Below are positions 45,687 to 56,571 of a DNA stretch of 64,000 bases, piece by piece. Source of the stretch: Opitutales bacterium (GTDB taxonomy: Bacteria; Verrucomicrobiota; Verrucomicrobiia; Opitutales; UBA2987); the NCBI GenBank assembly GCA_965226885.1, contig CBDDEL010000013.1, positions 224,001-288,000 of the forward strand, read 5' to 3'. The notes under the pieces are model-generated. The model had not been told where the DNA came from and did not search any database. It saw only the letters and a list, made by a program, of their open reading frames with translations. Within the stretch, counting starts at the first letter, position 1; each line of letters starts with the position of its first letter. The position numbers and the translations under genes were made by a program.

Positions 45687-46877
45687 TCACCGGCGAATGA
45701 GGATTTGCAAAATCGCCTTATCGAGCCAGGAAGCTTTTTTAGGTGATTCGGCCATGGCAGCCTCCGCTGCCTTGAGGAGATTCGTGGCGAAGGTTTCTGG
45801 TGACCATTTAGAAATTATACGGCGGCTGGCTTCACCCATCGCTTTGTGGTCATGCTTGCCACTGCTGAATTCAAGCATTCGAGCAGCCAATTCCTCCTCC
45901 CGATAAGGATTGAATGTAAAACCATTTTCACCATTCAAAACCAGTTCAGGTACACAGCCGCAACGTTCAGAAACAAGCACTGGTAAACCGCTGGCCATAG
46001 CTTCATTGACCACCAGGCCCCACTGCTCGAATGTGCTGGTGTGAACAAATGCATTGGCCAATCCGTAATATTTGGTCAAATTGTCGTATTGTTTGAAACC
46101 GGGCATGAGAACGGCATCTTCAAGATTTAATTCCTTTCTGAGTTTAAGCAAGGTGGGCCGAAGGGGACCATCGCCCAGTAGGACCAGTTTCCATGCCTTG
46201 GCGTCCGCCAAAGCCTTATAACTGGCATAAGCACGAAGTAGTATGGGGAGGTTTTTCTTTTCCACAAAACGATTAGAACTCAAAAAGTAATTTTCCGCGA
46301 GATCTAATTGCTGCCTTAAACCTGAAGCATTAGATTGCGCCCGTTTTGCGCCGTTGGTAAAGTGATCGTTTTCCACCACATCGTAGCCTGTCCATATTTT
46401 TTCCCGTGGTATACCAAGATGATGCAGATAATCAGTTGCCAAAGAACCAGCAACCAATCCAGAACCACATAACCGGACGCACCGACGCTTTGGAAATTCC
46501 TTCCACCATTTTCGAGGCTTATCCTGATAATTGCTGTCGGACATTAAAATAACAGGCTTGTTTTTGGAAATGCACCACGAAATAGCAGCAAGAGGAGCTT
46601 CATAGAACCAACCGGGAACGGCCACAACATCCGGTTGAATTGAGTTCAAAACATCAAAAACCAATTTGTGAATTTTTACCCCTCCCTCCCTCAAAACGTT
46701 CGGATGCTCCAGCAAAGTTATGCGGTTAAAATTAGCGGATCCTTCCACCTTATCCCATTCATAAACGTCCCCCTTGGAAAATACCTCAATGGCATGCAAT
46801 TCACAATATAGACCGGAAGCCACAAGGCGGGAAATATGATACGGCCCGAAACAATGAAAAAGAATGCACAATTTCAC
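45687..46877 (-). CDS. GT4 glycosyltransferase
   Basis: GPYHISRL, RFVEKKN, EQWGLVVNEAMASGLPV. Confidence 0.92.
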   Translation of the reverse strand: MKLCILFHCFGPYHISRLVASGLYCELHAIEVFSKGDVYEWDKVEGSANFNRITLLEHPNVLREGGVKIHKLVFDVLNSIQPDVVAVPGWFYEAPLAAISWCISKNKPVILMSDSNYQDKPRKWWKEFPKRRCVRLCGSGLVAGSLATDYLHHLGIPREKIWTGYDVVENDHFTNGAKRAQSNASGLRQQLDLAENYFLSSNRFVEKKNLPILLRAYASYKALADAKAWKLVLLGDGPLRPTLLKLRKELNLEDAVLMPGFKQYDNLTKYYGLANAFVHTSTFEQWGLVVNEAMASGLPVLVSERCGCVPELVLNGENGFTFNPYREEELAARMLEFSSGKHDHKAMGEASRRIISKWSPETFATNLLKAAEAAMAESPKKASWLDKAILQILIRR

Positions 46878-46889
46878 ATTATTGATAAT

Positions 46890-47771
46890 TTATATTTTAG
46901 TCCAATGAGTCAAGTCCCGGTCTAATATTTGGCTCAGGTCTTCGACTTCACTTTTAAGTTCGATTTTCAATCGATCCTTAATCTCTTGTCGAATAATTGG
47001 TTTAGGAGTATTTTTTCCCAAAAATATGGGGTACAACAAATCTAGGATAAAATGTCTGTATTTCTCCTTCATTATTGATATTCCAAGTTTTCTTAATTTT
47101 TGATGAGAACTAAAGAAACGTCGGATACTATAATTTTTTAAAGTGCGAGCAGGAAAGTAATTTTTAAAATCTGGAATAAAAGTTGGAGCAACTTCTAAAA
47201 ACTCTAAAGTTTTAAGATAAATAGATTCACTATTAGCAATGAAATCATCAAAAACAATTATGAAGACATTTTGTCTTTCAAAGACTTTTAAATATCTGGA
47301 TATGCTTTTTGAATATCGAACTTTATTTACATAATATGTTTCATCCTCAAAAATTGATAATTTTCTACAATCTTCATCATACAATGCTTTTTCAAGATCG
47401 AAAGTTTTCTGAACCCCATTAGCAATATGCATATGAAAGGCGGAGCAAATTGCGTCCACAGGGTTCCTGACCATTATAATTATTTTAGCTTCAGGATTGA
47501 ATAATTTAATATTTTCAGGAGCTACTCTTGAATAAAGATATGAAACAGATGCTTCACCAATCACCTTTTCATTATTAACTTTTGCAAATAATTTTAAATA
47601 ATTATTTAAATTCTTATTTAACCATTTCGCATGAAGATCAGGCTTATCTGAAGAAAAATAATTAATTTCTTTAATTTTTGGCATGAAAATATCAGGATGC
47701 TGCCTTAAGTAGGCCCACATTGAAGTAGTTCCACATTTAGGTGCGCCAACAATGAAAAAATTTGGTTTCAT
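46890..47771 (-). CDS. PAPS-dependent sulfotransferase, paralog 1
   Basis: PNFFIVGAPKCGTTS 5'-PSB loop, GEAS..Y, RNPVD...S 3'-PB, LDRDLTHW. Confidence 0.93.
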   Translation of the reverse strand: MKPNFFIVGAPKCGTTSMWAYLRQHPDIFMPKIKEINYFSSDKPDLHAKWLNKNLNNYLKLFAKVNNEKVIGEASVSYLYSRVAPENIKLFNPEAKIIIMVRNPVDAICSAFHMHIANGVQKTFDLEKALYDEDCRKLSIFEDETYYVNKVRYSKSISRYLKVFERQNVFIIVFDDFIANSESIYLKTLEFLEVAPTFIPDFKNYFPARTLKNYSIRRFFSSHQKLRKLGISIMKEKYRHFILDLLYPIFLGKNTPKPIIRQEIKDRLKIELKSEVEDLSQILDRDLTHWTKI

Positions 47772-47793
47772 AATATTATTCAGAGATAAAAGA

Positions 47794-48674
47794 CTATTTA
47801 GGAATACCCCAATGTGAAAGATCTCGATTTAAGAGTTTGCTCAGATCTTCTACTTCACTTTTTAATTCTTCTTTTAATCGATTTTTTGTTGACTGACGTA
47901 TGATAGGAGTAGGTGATTTCTCATTCCCTAAAATTGGTGGTATCATATCTAAAATAAAATCCCTCCTTTTTTTATCAATATGACTCAATAGAAATCTTTT
48001 TAATCTTGGGTTCTTGGGTATTTGCTAAAATATCTAATAATTTTGTAATTTCTTCCAGAACGGGCTGGATTATAAATACGAAAATTCGGACAAATATTTG
48101 AATTTACTTCCAAAAATTTAAGAGCTTCTCTATAAACATATTTTGTATTTACCTTGAAATCATCGAATATAATTATAAAAAGATTTTTCCTACCAAAGAC
48201 ATCAATATACTGAGATATTCTTGATGAATATCGTACCCTATTTTGATAGAAAATATGATTATTTAATTGTTGTTTTTCAGCGTTTAAAGCATCTTCAAGA
48301 TCTGTAATTTTCTCTAGTCCATTTACCACATGCATATGAAATGCAGAACAAATTGCATCGACTGGATTTCTAATCATAATTATAATTTTAGATTTGGGAT
48401 TAAAACTCATTATATTTTCAGCAGCTACTTGTGAACGTAGGTAGGTAGGCGATGCTTCTCCTATCATTTTTTCATTGCGAGCTTTAGAAAATAGTTTTAA
48501 ATATGTTTCTATATCTGTAACTCGGTCTTTTTTAAATCGCAATATAATGTCCGTCGAAAAATATTGTGGTTCTTTCAATTTTGGCATGAAAATATCAGGA
48601 TGCTGCCTTAAGTAGGCCCACATTGAAGTAGTTCCACATTTAGGTGCGCCAACAATGAAAAAATTTGGTTTCAT
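47794..48674 (-). pseudogene. PAPS-dependent sulfotransferase, paralog 2, frameshifted
   Basis: 8-bp tandem duplication TCTTGGGT x2 (48004-48019); removing one copy restores SKYPRLKRFLLSHIDKKR. Confidence 0.9.
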
Positions 48675-48933
48675 TTTAAAAATAATTTGGAAAAATACTA
48701 ATAAAATATTATATCTTGCTCATTAGACTTGTATCCATTTTTGGAAATTTTTTTGGACGCGGCCGTGACCGAAATATTTTCCATTTGGACAGAAAATTCT
48801 TTGTTCAAAGTTTTCCTCTTTATATTTCTTGTTGCGTCTTCTGGTTTCGACAACGTTCTTCGGGTAATGTCGAGATCGTATTTCATTAGTATGGGAGATT
48901 GATTTACAAAACTTCTCGGGAAAAATTGTCTTA

Positions 48934-50064
48934 TACCAAATCTCATTAGGTATTATAATAAGTTATTTGGCAGAAGCGTTTGCTTGAATGTGCTGCCAGC
49001 CTCCGCCAACTAAAGAGAGGACTTTTTCAGTGTCCTCCCACCAGTCTTTGAGATGGGTTGCGACGACTTCTTCGAGTCGCTCAATGCTCGGCCACAGTTT
49101 GTTGGCCGTTTGATCCTGTATCATATCCCAAAGTCTTTCAATCGGGTTGAGTTCAGGACTATACGGCGGCAAATTCACGATATGTATGCCCGGGGGGACG
49201 TTGGGGTGCTCCGAGTCGTGCGGATGGAAGCCTGCCCCGTCCCATACAACCACATGTTCCTCCTCAGGATATTGCTTTTTGATCTGTTGGAGGAAAGCCT
49301 CCGTCCACTGTAGATTCGTGCTAGGGGTTTGGATGCATACCATCTCGCCGTTGACCACGTCGAGGGCTCCGTAACAGTAGCTCCACTGGTATCTTGTCTG
49401 ATATTTTTTGTGCGGGCGAAGCCCTCTTTGCGTCCAGCACCGGCGGTACACCGGAAGCAAACCAAAACGGCTTTCATCGGCAAACCACACCCGAACCCGA
49501 TTGCCTCGGGTGAGGGAAAGCTCCTGGAGGATCTTAGAAAAGTCTCGCTTGAACGCTTCCGCTTTTGCCGAGTCCCGTTTCTCATGCACGGGGCGAGGGA
49601 CTCGAAGCACCCCGGCGCATTTTTTTAGCCATCGCCACACCGTCTTGTAGGCGAAGGAGCGCCCGAAATGTCGCTCCAGCTCTTGCCCCGCCTGAACGGC
49701 TGTGTTCCAGCGCGCGACCTTCAAACCATTGAGCAAGAAGGCCTCCACCTCTTTGTCGCAACGGCTTTTGATCCCGCCTTTGTAGGCGCGTGTAAGCACC
49801 GCCCCGAGCCCTGCAGCACGATATTTGTCAAACCAACGCTGGATCGTCGCTTTGCCTCGGCCCACGATGGCTCCAATTTCATCAATGCTGTGGTGCGGCT
49901 GGAAGCCCATTTTTAATGCCACCAAACGCTCTTTACGCCAGCCGACAGCCTCTTTGTTGAGCAATTTCTTGATACGTTCACGGTCTTCATCGGTTCCCAT
50001 ATATCTTCTCATTCCGCCTTTATAGCTGTTTTTTAATCTTTATCAATCCTTTTGCGATTTGGTA
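48934..50064 (-). mobile_element. IS630-family element (1131 bp)
   Basis: IR TACCAAATC(T/G)CA; 349-aa transposase 48963-50012 (FADESRFG, WDGAGFH, LPPYSPELNPIE); TTA duplicated on both sides. Confidence 0.92.
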
Positions 50065-50702
50065 TTATTTGTCAGATTTAACATAAGAAGCCGATTAATC
50101 ATATCATGGTCTTCAAAACCCCAACCAATCCCCAACCAATAAAGCGTTCATCATATCCTCCTACGGCCAACCAGTCTTTTTTCAATAAACAAATCCTACC
50201 TGCAAGACCTCGACCATCTGAAGGGCCGCAGAGAAATATTTCGCCACGGCTAAGCATTGCTGATACGTAGGAAGAAAAAGACGGGCCAGTAAAATTATCC
50301 GCATCTATATTGCAAACGACATCTCCTTTAGAAAGGCGAACTGCCAAATTTTTAGAATGGGATTGAGAATAATACATGGTTTTCGGAAAATAATAATAAT
50401 TAACTCTTCCGGAATCGATATATGGTTTAAGCATAATTTTTGCCCATTTATCCGTTCTTGGATCTGGGCAATTGTAGTTTAGTAAAACAAATTCACAATT
50501 GGGGTATGTATCGTTGTCCTCGATATTCCTTAGGAAAGTTTCTTCCAAATGATCAAATCGATCTTTTACTGAAGTACAAAATGAAACAAAGGTTTTTGAT
50601 TCGTAGGCTCCACTAAGCCTTAAAGAGAGTAAATCTAGAAATCCAATAAGGTCAAGTCCGATATAATTAGTCTGTCGTCGGATATGTTTGAGATAATTTT
50701 TT

Positions 50703-51498
50703 GGTAGTGTTAACATTTTGAATGTTTAAGCTGTACTTTTCAGCGTGATTATACTGTAAACTGGGAATGATCCATATCACAGTAAAATGTCCTCAATGCG
50801 GAAGCGATCACATCATCAAGCACGGCAAGGATCCGAAAGGGGTTCAGAAGTATCGATGCAAGAGGTGTGGTTATCAGTTTCGGCTTCACCCCAAAAGCCG
50901 TGAGCATCCCCCAGCGCTGGTCAAGCAGGTGCTCCGTGCGCACCAAAACCGGATGAGCCTGCGTGCCATTTACCGTACCTTTGGAGTAGCCCCAAAGACG
51001 GTCATCGAATGGATTAAAAAAAAGTCCTGAGTTTGCCGAAGCTGGAGTCCACACTGCTTGCCCGCCAGTGTAATGATGTGCTGGAGCTGGACGAGGTGTG
51101 GTCCTTCTGGGGCGATAAGCGTTCGGGACAGGTATGGCTATGGGTAGCCTTGTGCCGACGTACCCGACAGGTCGTCGGGTTTTCTCTGGGTGATCGTAGC
51201 GATCAAATGTGCCGGCAGTTGTATCACAACATCGCCCAACCCTATCGCGACTGTGCCACCGTAAGCGATTACTGGGAAAGCTACGACAAGGTTTTCCCTC
51301 ACAACAGCGCCAGCGGGAAACAATCCGGCCAAACCGCCCATATCGAACGCTGGAACAATACCTTGCGACAGTCTCTGTCACGCTATGTGCGTAAAACGCT
51401 GTCATTCTCGAAGTCTTTGGTCATGCATTTTCGCGTCCTGTGCTTGTTCATCTGGGAATACAACAGCAATATCAAACATTCGTCATGTTAACACTACC
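50703..51498 (+). mobile_element. IS1-family element type B, copy 1 (796 bp)
   Basis: GGTAGTGTTAACA IRs; insA 50767-51030; insB 51033-51491 in the -1 frame via A_AAA_AAG; TSD AATTTTT(T). Confidence 0.94.
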
Positions 51499-51583
51499 AA
51501 TTTTTAGCATGATAACTTAATTAGATGTAAAATTTAAAGTATAAATCTATATTTATTAAGGTCAAGATTAGATTACTTATCAG

Positions 51584-52486
51584 TCATATAATCCAATGAG
51601 AAAGATCTCGATTTAAGAGTCTGCTAAGATCTTCTACTTCAACTTTTAGTTCATTTTTTAAACGAATTATTGTTCTATCAATTATAATGGGTTTAATATT
51701 TCTGTTATTTCTGTCAAAGTATGCGGATAAAATATTTCCTATCGAATGTCTAATATTTTCGTTAGTAACCATAACTAATATTTTTTTAAATAAAGGAGTT
51801 GTCACAAGCAATCGTCGAACTCTTAGATTCCGTACAGCCGAGGATGCGTTTCGTATTTCAAAATTAGGTAAATATTTATTTTGGATTTCAAGAAATTGGA
51901 GCGTTTCTTTATAAACTCTGCCGCTATCTTCTTTTATATCATCAAGAAGAATTATTTTAACGCATTTTTTGTCAAAGACATCGTAATATCTTTTAATTTG
52001 TTTTGAATAGCTAACGCTCTCTTTGTAACAACATAGATGATTAAACCGAATGTATTTTGGTATGGATATGCCTTTAAGCCGATCTATTTCTGCTTCGAGT
52101 GCCATTTCTAAATCCAATATATTTTCAGTTGTATTGGATACTAGCATTTTAAACATGGAGCAAACAGCATCGCAGGGATTTCTGAGCATAATTATTATAC
52201 GGGCATTGGGATTAAATTCCTTAATATTTTCAGCAGCTACCTTAGAATAAAGATAAGATGCTGATGCTTCACCAATACGTTTTTCATTACTAACATTGGC
52301 AAAAAGTTTCAAATATGTATTTATGTTTTTAATCCTGTAATCATGAGTCCTGCTTAAGAGATCCATCGAAAAATAATGTGGTTCCTTTAACTTAGACATA
52401 AATATATCGGGGTGCTGTTTTAGGTAGTAGTACATGGAAGAAGTTCCACATTTTGGAGCTCCAACAATGAAAAAATTTGGTTTCAT
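51584..52486 (-). CDS. PAPS-dependent sulfotransferase, paralog 3
   Basis: PNFFIVGAPKCGTSS, KEPHYF, GEASASY, LRNP, LNRDLSHW. Confidence 0.93.
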   Translation of the reverse strand: MKPNFFIVGAPKCGTSSMYYYLKQHPDIFMSKLKEPHYFSMDLLSRTHDYRIKNINTYLKLFANVSNEKRIGEASASYLYSKVAAENIKEFNPNARIIIMLRNPCDAVCSMFKMLVSNTTENILDLEMALEAEIDRLKGISIPKYIRFNHLCCYKESVSYSKQIKRYYDVFDKKCVKIILLDDIKEDSGRVYKETLQFLEIQNKYLPNFEIRNASSAVRNLRVRRLLVTTPLFKKILVMVTNENIRHSIGNILSAYFDRNNRNIKPIIIDRTIIRLKNELKVEVEDLSRLLNRDLSHWII

Positions 52487-52487
52487 T

Positions 52488-53420
52488 TCAATTTTTCATG
52501 TTTAATGGATTTAGATTATCTTCGATTTCAAAAAAATTAGTATAAATCTTTCTACGAAGCAATCTATAAATTATGTAAGTATTTAGACTTATCGGGTTAC
52601 GGCTGGACCATTCACTAAGTATAAATCTGAAACCTTTTAAAAGACTTTGAAGAGTTTGTAATAATTTGTCGCTATGCAAACCTTGTATTAAATTATTAAT
52701 GACTGTTGCAATAATATGAAAGGGTAGAATGCACGTTGGTGTATTTAACCATGGCAGTATAATATGATTACGAACCCTAATATTAAATCGGAAAACATTT
52801 TCCCTCTTAGGTGAAAGAAAATGAGAAATTGGTACAGAATAACCTAACCTTACTACGTAGCCATCATCTAACATCCGAATAGATATATCAGATTCTTCAG
52901 CGTCCATAAATAATATATCTCTAAATCCTTTCTGGTCAAGAAAGATATCTTTTCGTACGGCAAAACCAACGCCTGTAAATGTATGAATAATATAAAAACC
53001 CTCTTTATTGGGGGAACGCTGATAAATTTTATTACCAAGATATATATTAATATAGGGTATAGTAACAACGGCGACACGAGGATGATCAAAATATACAAGT
53101 ATCTGTTCTATTGTTTTGGTATCTTTAAATTCAGTATCATCATCGATGAATACGACTATTGGACTACTAGCTAGTTTAGTGCCAAAATTTCGTTGAACGA
53201 TGGGACCGATTGATTTTTCCGAACCTACAAACTTTACCCTAGAAAATTCTTTAACCATCATATCAGCAGTTCCGTCGGTTGAAGCATCGTCAAGTACAAT
53301 AACTTCAGGTTTAATGGATTGTTTAAGGACTGATAGCAAACAAATACGCAATTCTTCCTTGCGGTTCTTTGTTGGTATTACTACTGAAACTATTTTGTCG
53401 TGAATCATCAAAATGAACAA
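52488..53420 (-). CDS. GT2 glycosyltransferase
   Basis: VSVVIPTKNR, LDDASTDGT, FIDDD, EESD...R. Confidence 0.9.
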   Translation of the reverse strand: MFILMIHDKIVSVVIPTKNRKEELRICLLSVLKQSIKPEVIVLDDASTDGTADMMVKEFSRVKFVGSEKSIGPIVQRNFGTKLASSPIVVFIDDDTEFKDTKTIEQILVYFDHPRVAVVTIPYINIYLGNKIYQRSPNKEGFYIIHTFTGVGFAVRKDIFLDQKGFRDILFMDAEESDISIRMLDDGYVVRLGYSVPISHFLSPKRENVFRFNIRVRNHIILPWLNTPTCILPFHIIATVINNLIQGLHSDKLLQTLQSLLKGFRFILSEWSSRNPISLNTYIIYRLLRRKIYTNFFEIEDNLNPLNMKN

Positions 53421-53535
53421 GTAAATGAATATACAAATAGATGCTAAATTAAAATATTAGATTTAAATAAATTATTAATTTTTTTAATAGGGGTAAAAAA
53501 GGGGTTCGGTAACAATTTCTCTAGAGAGTGATAAA

Positions 53536-54227
53536 TTATATAAGGTAAAATTTTATTTTGTTGCGAGTATAAACGTTATTAATAAATTTATCTTGTAAGA
53601 TCAACTCTTTATCTAAGAATATGGCAAAAATACCACCGTCGATCTTAAAAGCTTTAAACTTTCGTTTTTGTTTTTTTAAATTCTTGCATATTTGACTAAT
53701 TGCGGGATAGATGATATATAAATCATGAAAAAGAATAGTGCAATCCTTAGAAAATATTTTAATGCAAAAAGAAAATCAGAAAGAACTGCATTCTTAGTAT
53801 GTTCCCCATCTATAAAAATTACATTTGGTTTTAAATTGATCTCTGATGGTTCAATACCTTTAGTATCTGTTTCAAAACATTCAATTTTCGATATCTCTGA
53901 AGCGTCAATTTCACCAAGTAATTTTAACATTCTTTCTGAAGAATTATTTTTGTAAGTAGGCATGTAGTTTTTAGAACGATCATCTGGAACAATATTAGGC
54001 CTTGAATCAATTGAATATATCTTTTTACAGCGTTGATCCAGCAGAAATGGGTGGATAGTCCCTCCCATGTAGGACCCAATTTCTAAATAAAAGAAATCAC
54101 CTTTATTAATTGCCGTTGCTCTTTGAACTGCAAGAAGTGATTGTTTATCATCGTCAGACGTTGTTGATGGAATTGCGTTAAACAATGAGACATCTAAATT
54201 ATTGATTCTTTGTATGGTGGTAGTCAT
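53536..54227 (-). pseudogene. Class I SAM methyltransferase (Methyltransf_24-like), frameshifted
   Basis: YLEIGSYMGG, SIDSR, IFIDGEH. One T appears lost near 53765; the expected ILFHD continuation lies in another frame. Confidence 0.75.
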
Positions 54228-54500
54228 TCGAAAGAGAAAAATGGGATATTTCGTAATATATTGTGGAAATAAAAGTTAGGAATGACTTCGATTGTCAGTC
54301 AAGATAGAACGTTGAAGGAGTATTGTCATTGATTGGTAAATTCAATAAAAAGTTATAAGAGAAAAGAATGCGTAATGAGGGTCTTTTGAAGAAAAAACAT
54401 TTTAATTCCTGAGTCAATGGCATTTTCTTTTTCAAGCAATTATTTCAATGAATTTAAGGGGATACCACTATATTCTGCAATATAGGCTAATTAGATATAT

Positions 54501-55709
54501 TCAATTGCAAATTGCTTTAAGCAACCTTTTTCCGTAAGCGCCAATATTAATTTCAGGTAATCGAGCCTTTGCATTGTTTGACATTTCATTATATCTATTA
54601 GGATTTTCCAATAGACATACAAGTTTTTCTACGATAACCCGAGAATCGCGAGGTGGAACTATAAAACCATCTTCACCATGGCGAATAATGCTGCCCGTTT
54701 CCTGAGTGGCAATTATCGGGAGTCCAACAGATAAGGCTTCATATGTTACAGTGGCTGAACCTTCGCAAAGAGAGGGCAATAAAAATACATCGGCCCATTT
54801 GAAGTGTTTTTTGACTTCGGAACGAGGAACAATTCCTGTTAACTCAACATGTCTGGAGAGCAATTTTTTTGCTTCGGGGAGGACATTGACCGCGCCCACC
54901 ATACGAAAGACTGCTTTCCCCTCCATTTGCCTAGCCGCTTTGAGAACATAGGGAGAGCCTTTTCGCAGGCCAATCTCCCCAACAGTTAAAACCCGTAATG
55001 GACCTTCTCGAATGCGCACCGGTACATCCGAGGGAGGAAGATTCAAACCATAGGGAACAACATGGCAACGTTCTAAGGGCCCTCCACAATTCACTACCTC
55101 TCTTCTGACGAATTCAGATGGACAAATAATAAAATCTGCTAGTTTCCATTCTTCCATTTCCCGATCGGCGAAATCTTGGAAAATTGAACTTTCTGGAAGA
55201 GAGATTTCCCAATCAGGAAATTTCACCTGTTCAATTTTTAATAAATTACAATAGTATTCGAATGGGGCCATTACTTGTTCTGTAATTGTCGTCAATCCCT
55301 TTGAACGTGCCCATTGCAGCAATTCTAAACCGGTAGAGTTGAATGTGTAAACTGCCGTGGCATCTCCGATCCCATAGTTTAGGATTTTATTGCAAAAGCT
55401 GTTTCCTGCCCAAAGGTAGCAGGTCCTACTTTCCTCAAGAGACGAGGCTGAATACCTTTTAAATGCATATTGAAGGCCGAAAGTCTCGAAAGTTTTGATT
55501 TTATTTCTTGGTACGCCAAAAGGAATGCGACCTACCAATCGTTTCATGGAAGAGGGCAATAATCCTTTTGGTAAGAATTTTAATAGGCGGGGCAAGCCAT
55601 TTGTTGCACAAATGTCAGTGTAAAAACGATCAAGTACTCCGGCTTCATGAAAGATACTAGGAACTGCATAATGCAGATGTGCTCCCAATCGTGCAACAGC
55701 GATTTTCAC
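54501..55709 (-). CDS. GT4 glycosyltransferase
   Basis: LGAHLHYAVP, GLRKG, PSLCEGSATVTYEALSVGLP. Confidence 0.92.
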   Translation of the reverse strand: MKIAVARLGAHLHYAVPSIFHEAGVLDRFYTDICATNGLPRLLKFLPKGLLPSSMKRLVGRIPFGVPRNKIKTFETFGLQYAFKRYSASSLEESRTCYLWAGNSFCNKILNYGIGDATAVYTFNSTGLELLQWARSKGLTTITEQVMAPFEYYCNLLKIEQVKFPDWEISLPESSIFQDFADREMEEWKLADFIICPSEFVRREVVNCGGPLERCHVVPYGLNLPPSDVPVRIREGPLRVLTVGEIGLRKGSPYVLKAARQMEGKAVFRMVGAVNVLPEAKKLLSRHVELTGIVPRSEVKKHFKWADVFLLPSLCEGSATVTYEALSVGLPIIATQETGSIIRHGEDGFIVPPRDSRVIVEKLVCLLENPNRYNEMSNNAKARLPEINIGAYGKRLLKAICN

Positions 55710-55762
55710 GGTAAAAGTACTTTTCGAGTGTATGTAGTATTATTCATTTTAATAAATTATAT

Positions 55763-56564
55763 GGTAGTGTATAAAAAAAGAATGTTATTTTGTATTTTTA
55801 GCTGTACAAATAGCGTTAGGCAGTTTATTTTTAGTGCATGGTTACTAAAATTATTAATTGTCGGCACTGTGGAAGTGAAAATATCATTAAATTTGGCAAG
55901 ACGCCCAACCATAAACAGCGCTACCGCTGCCATGATTGTGGTAAACAAAGCCGCGAAAACCCCACAGTGAAATACACCGAAGAGCAAAAAGAAATGATCC
56001 TTCGAGTCTATCAGGAACGCAGCAGTCTACGCGGTTTACAGCGCGCCTTCGGGGTGAGTCCCAACACCGTTTTGAGTTGGTTAAAAAAAACGACAATCGC
56101 TGCGACCGCTCAAAAGCACGATTCTTGCGGCCCGCCGCCATGATGTCATTGAACTGGACGAACTGTGGTCTTTTGTGGGGCGCAAGAGCGATGCCCAATG
56201 GGTTTGGATCGCTCTTTGCCGACGCACCCGTCAAATCCTCTCCTATGCCATTGGGCCTCGGGATTGGTATCGTTGCCGGGAACTTTACGAGCGTCTGCCA
56301 CGGGCCTACAAAAGATGTGCCACCTACAGCGACTTTTGGAGCACTTATGATGAAGTCTTTCCTCATAACCGATCCGTGGGAAAAGAAACCGGTGAAACGG
56401 CCCATGTGGAACGATGGAACAATACCCTGCGCCAACGACTGGGTCGTTTCACACGCAAAACCCTCTCCTTTTCCAAGCTTAAGAGTATGCATGAAACCTG
56501 TCTGAGACTTTTCATTCATCAATATAATCAAGAATTAGCCACCATTCCTACTTAATACACTACC
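55763..56564 (+). mobile_element. IS1-family element type A, copy 3 (802 bp)
   Basis: IRs; 8-bp TSD AATTATAT; insA 55838-56143; insB to 56555. Confidence 0.95.
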
Positions 56565-56571
56565 AATTATA

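Larger units (their letters stand above)
48723..51510 (-). pseudogene. GT2 / galactosyltransferase-C-terminal-type glycosyltransferase hit three times (IS1, 11-bp duplication, IS630)
   Basis: Reconstruction gives MLKNYLKH...SFCTSVKDR...NIDADN...GGYDERFIGWGFEDHDMINRL...LTNKTIFPEKFC...PNGKYFGHGRVQKNFQKWIQV*. Confidence 0.85.

Noticed and set aside
48698..48946. 82-aa ORF as a separate gene
   Set aside because: It starts inside the IS630 end and is the wrong frame of the GT2 C-terminus.
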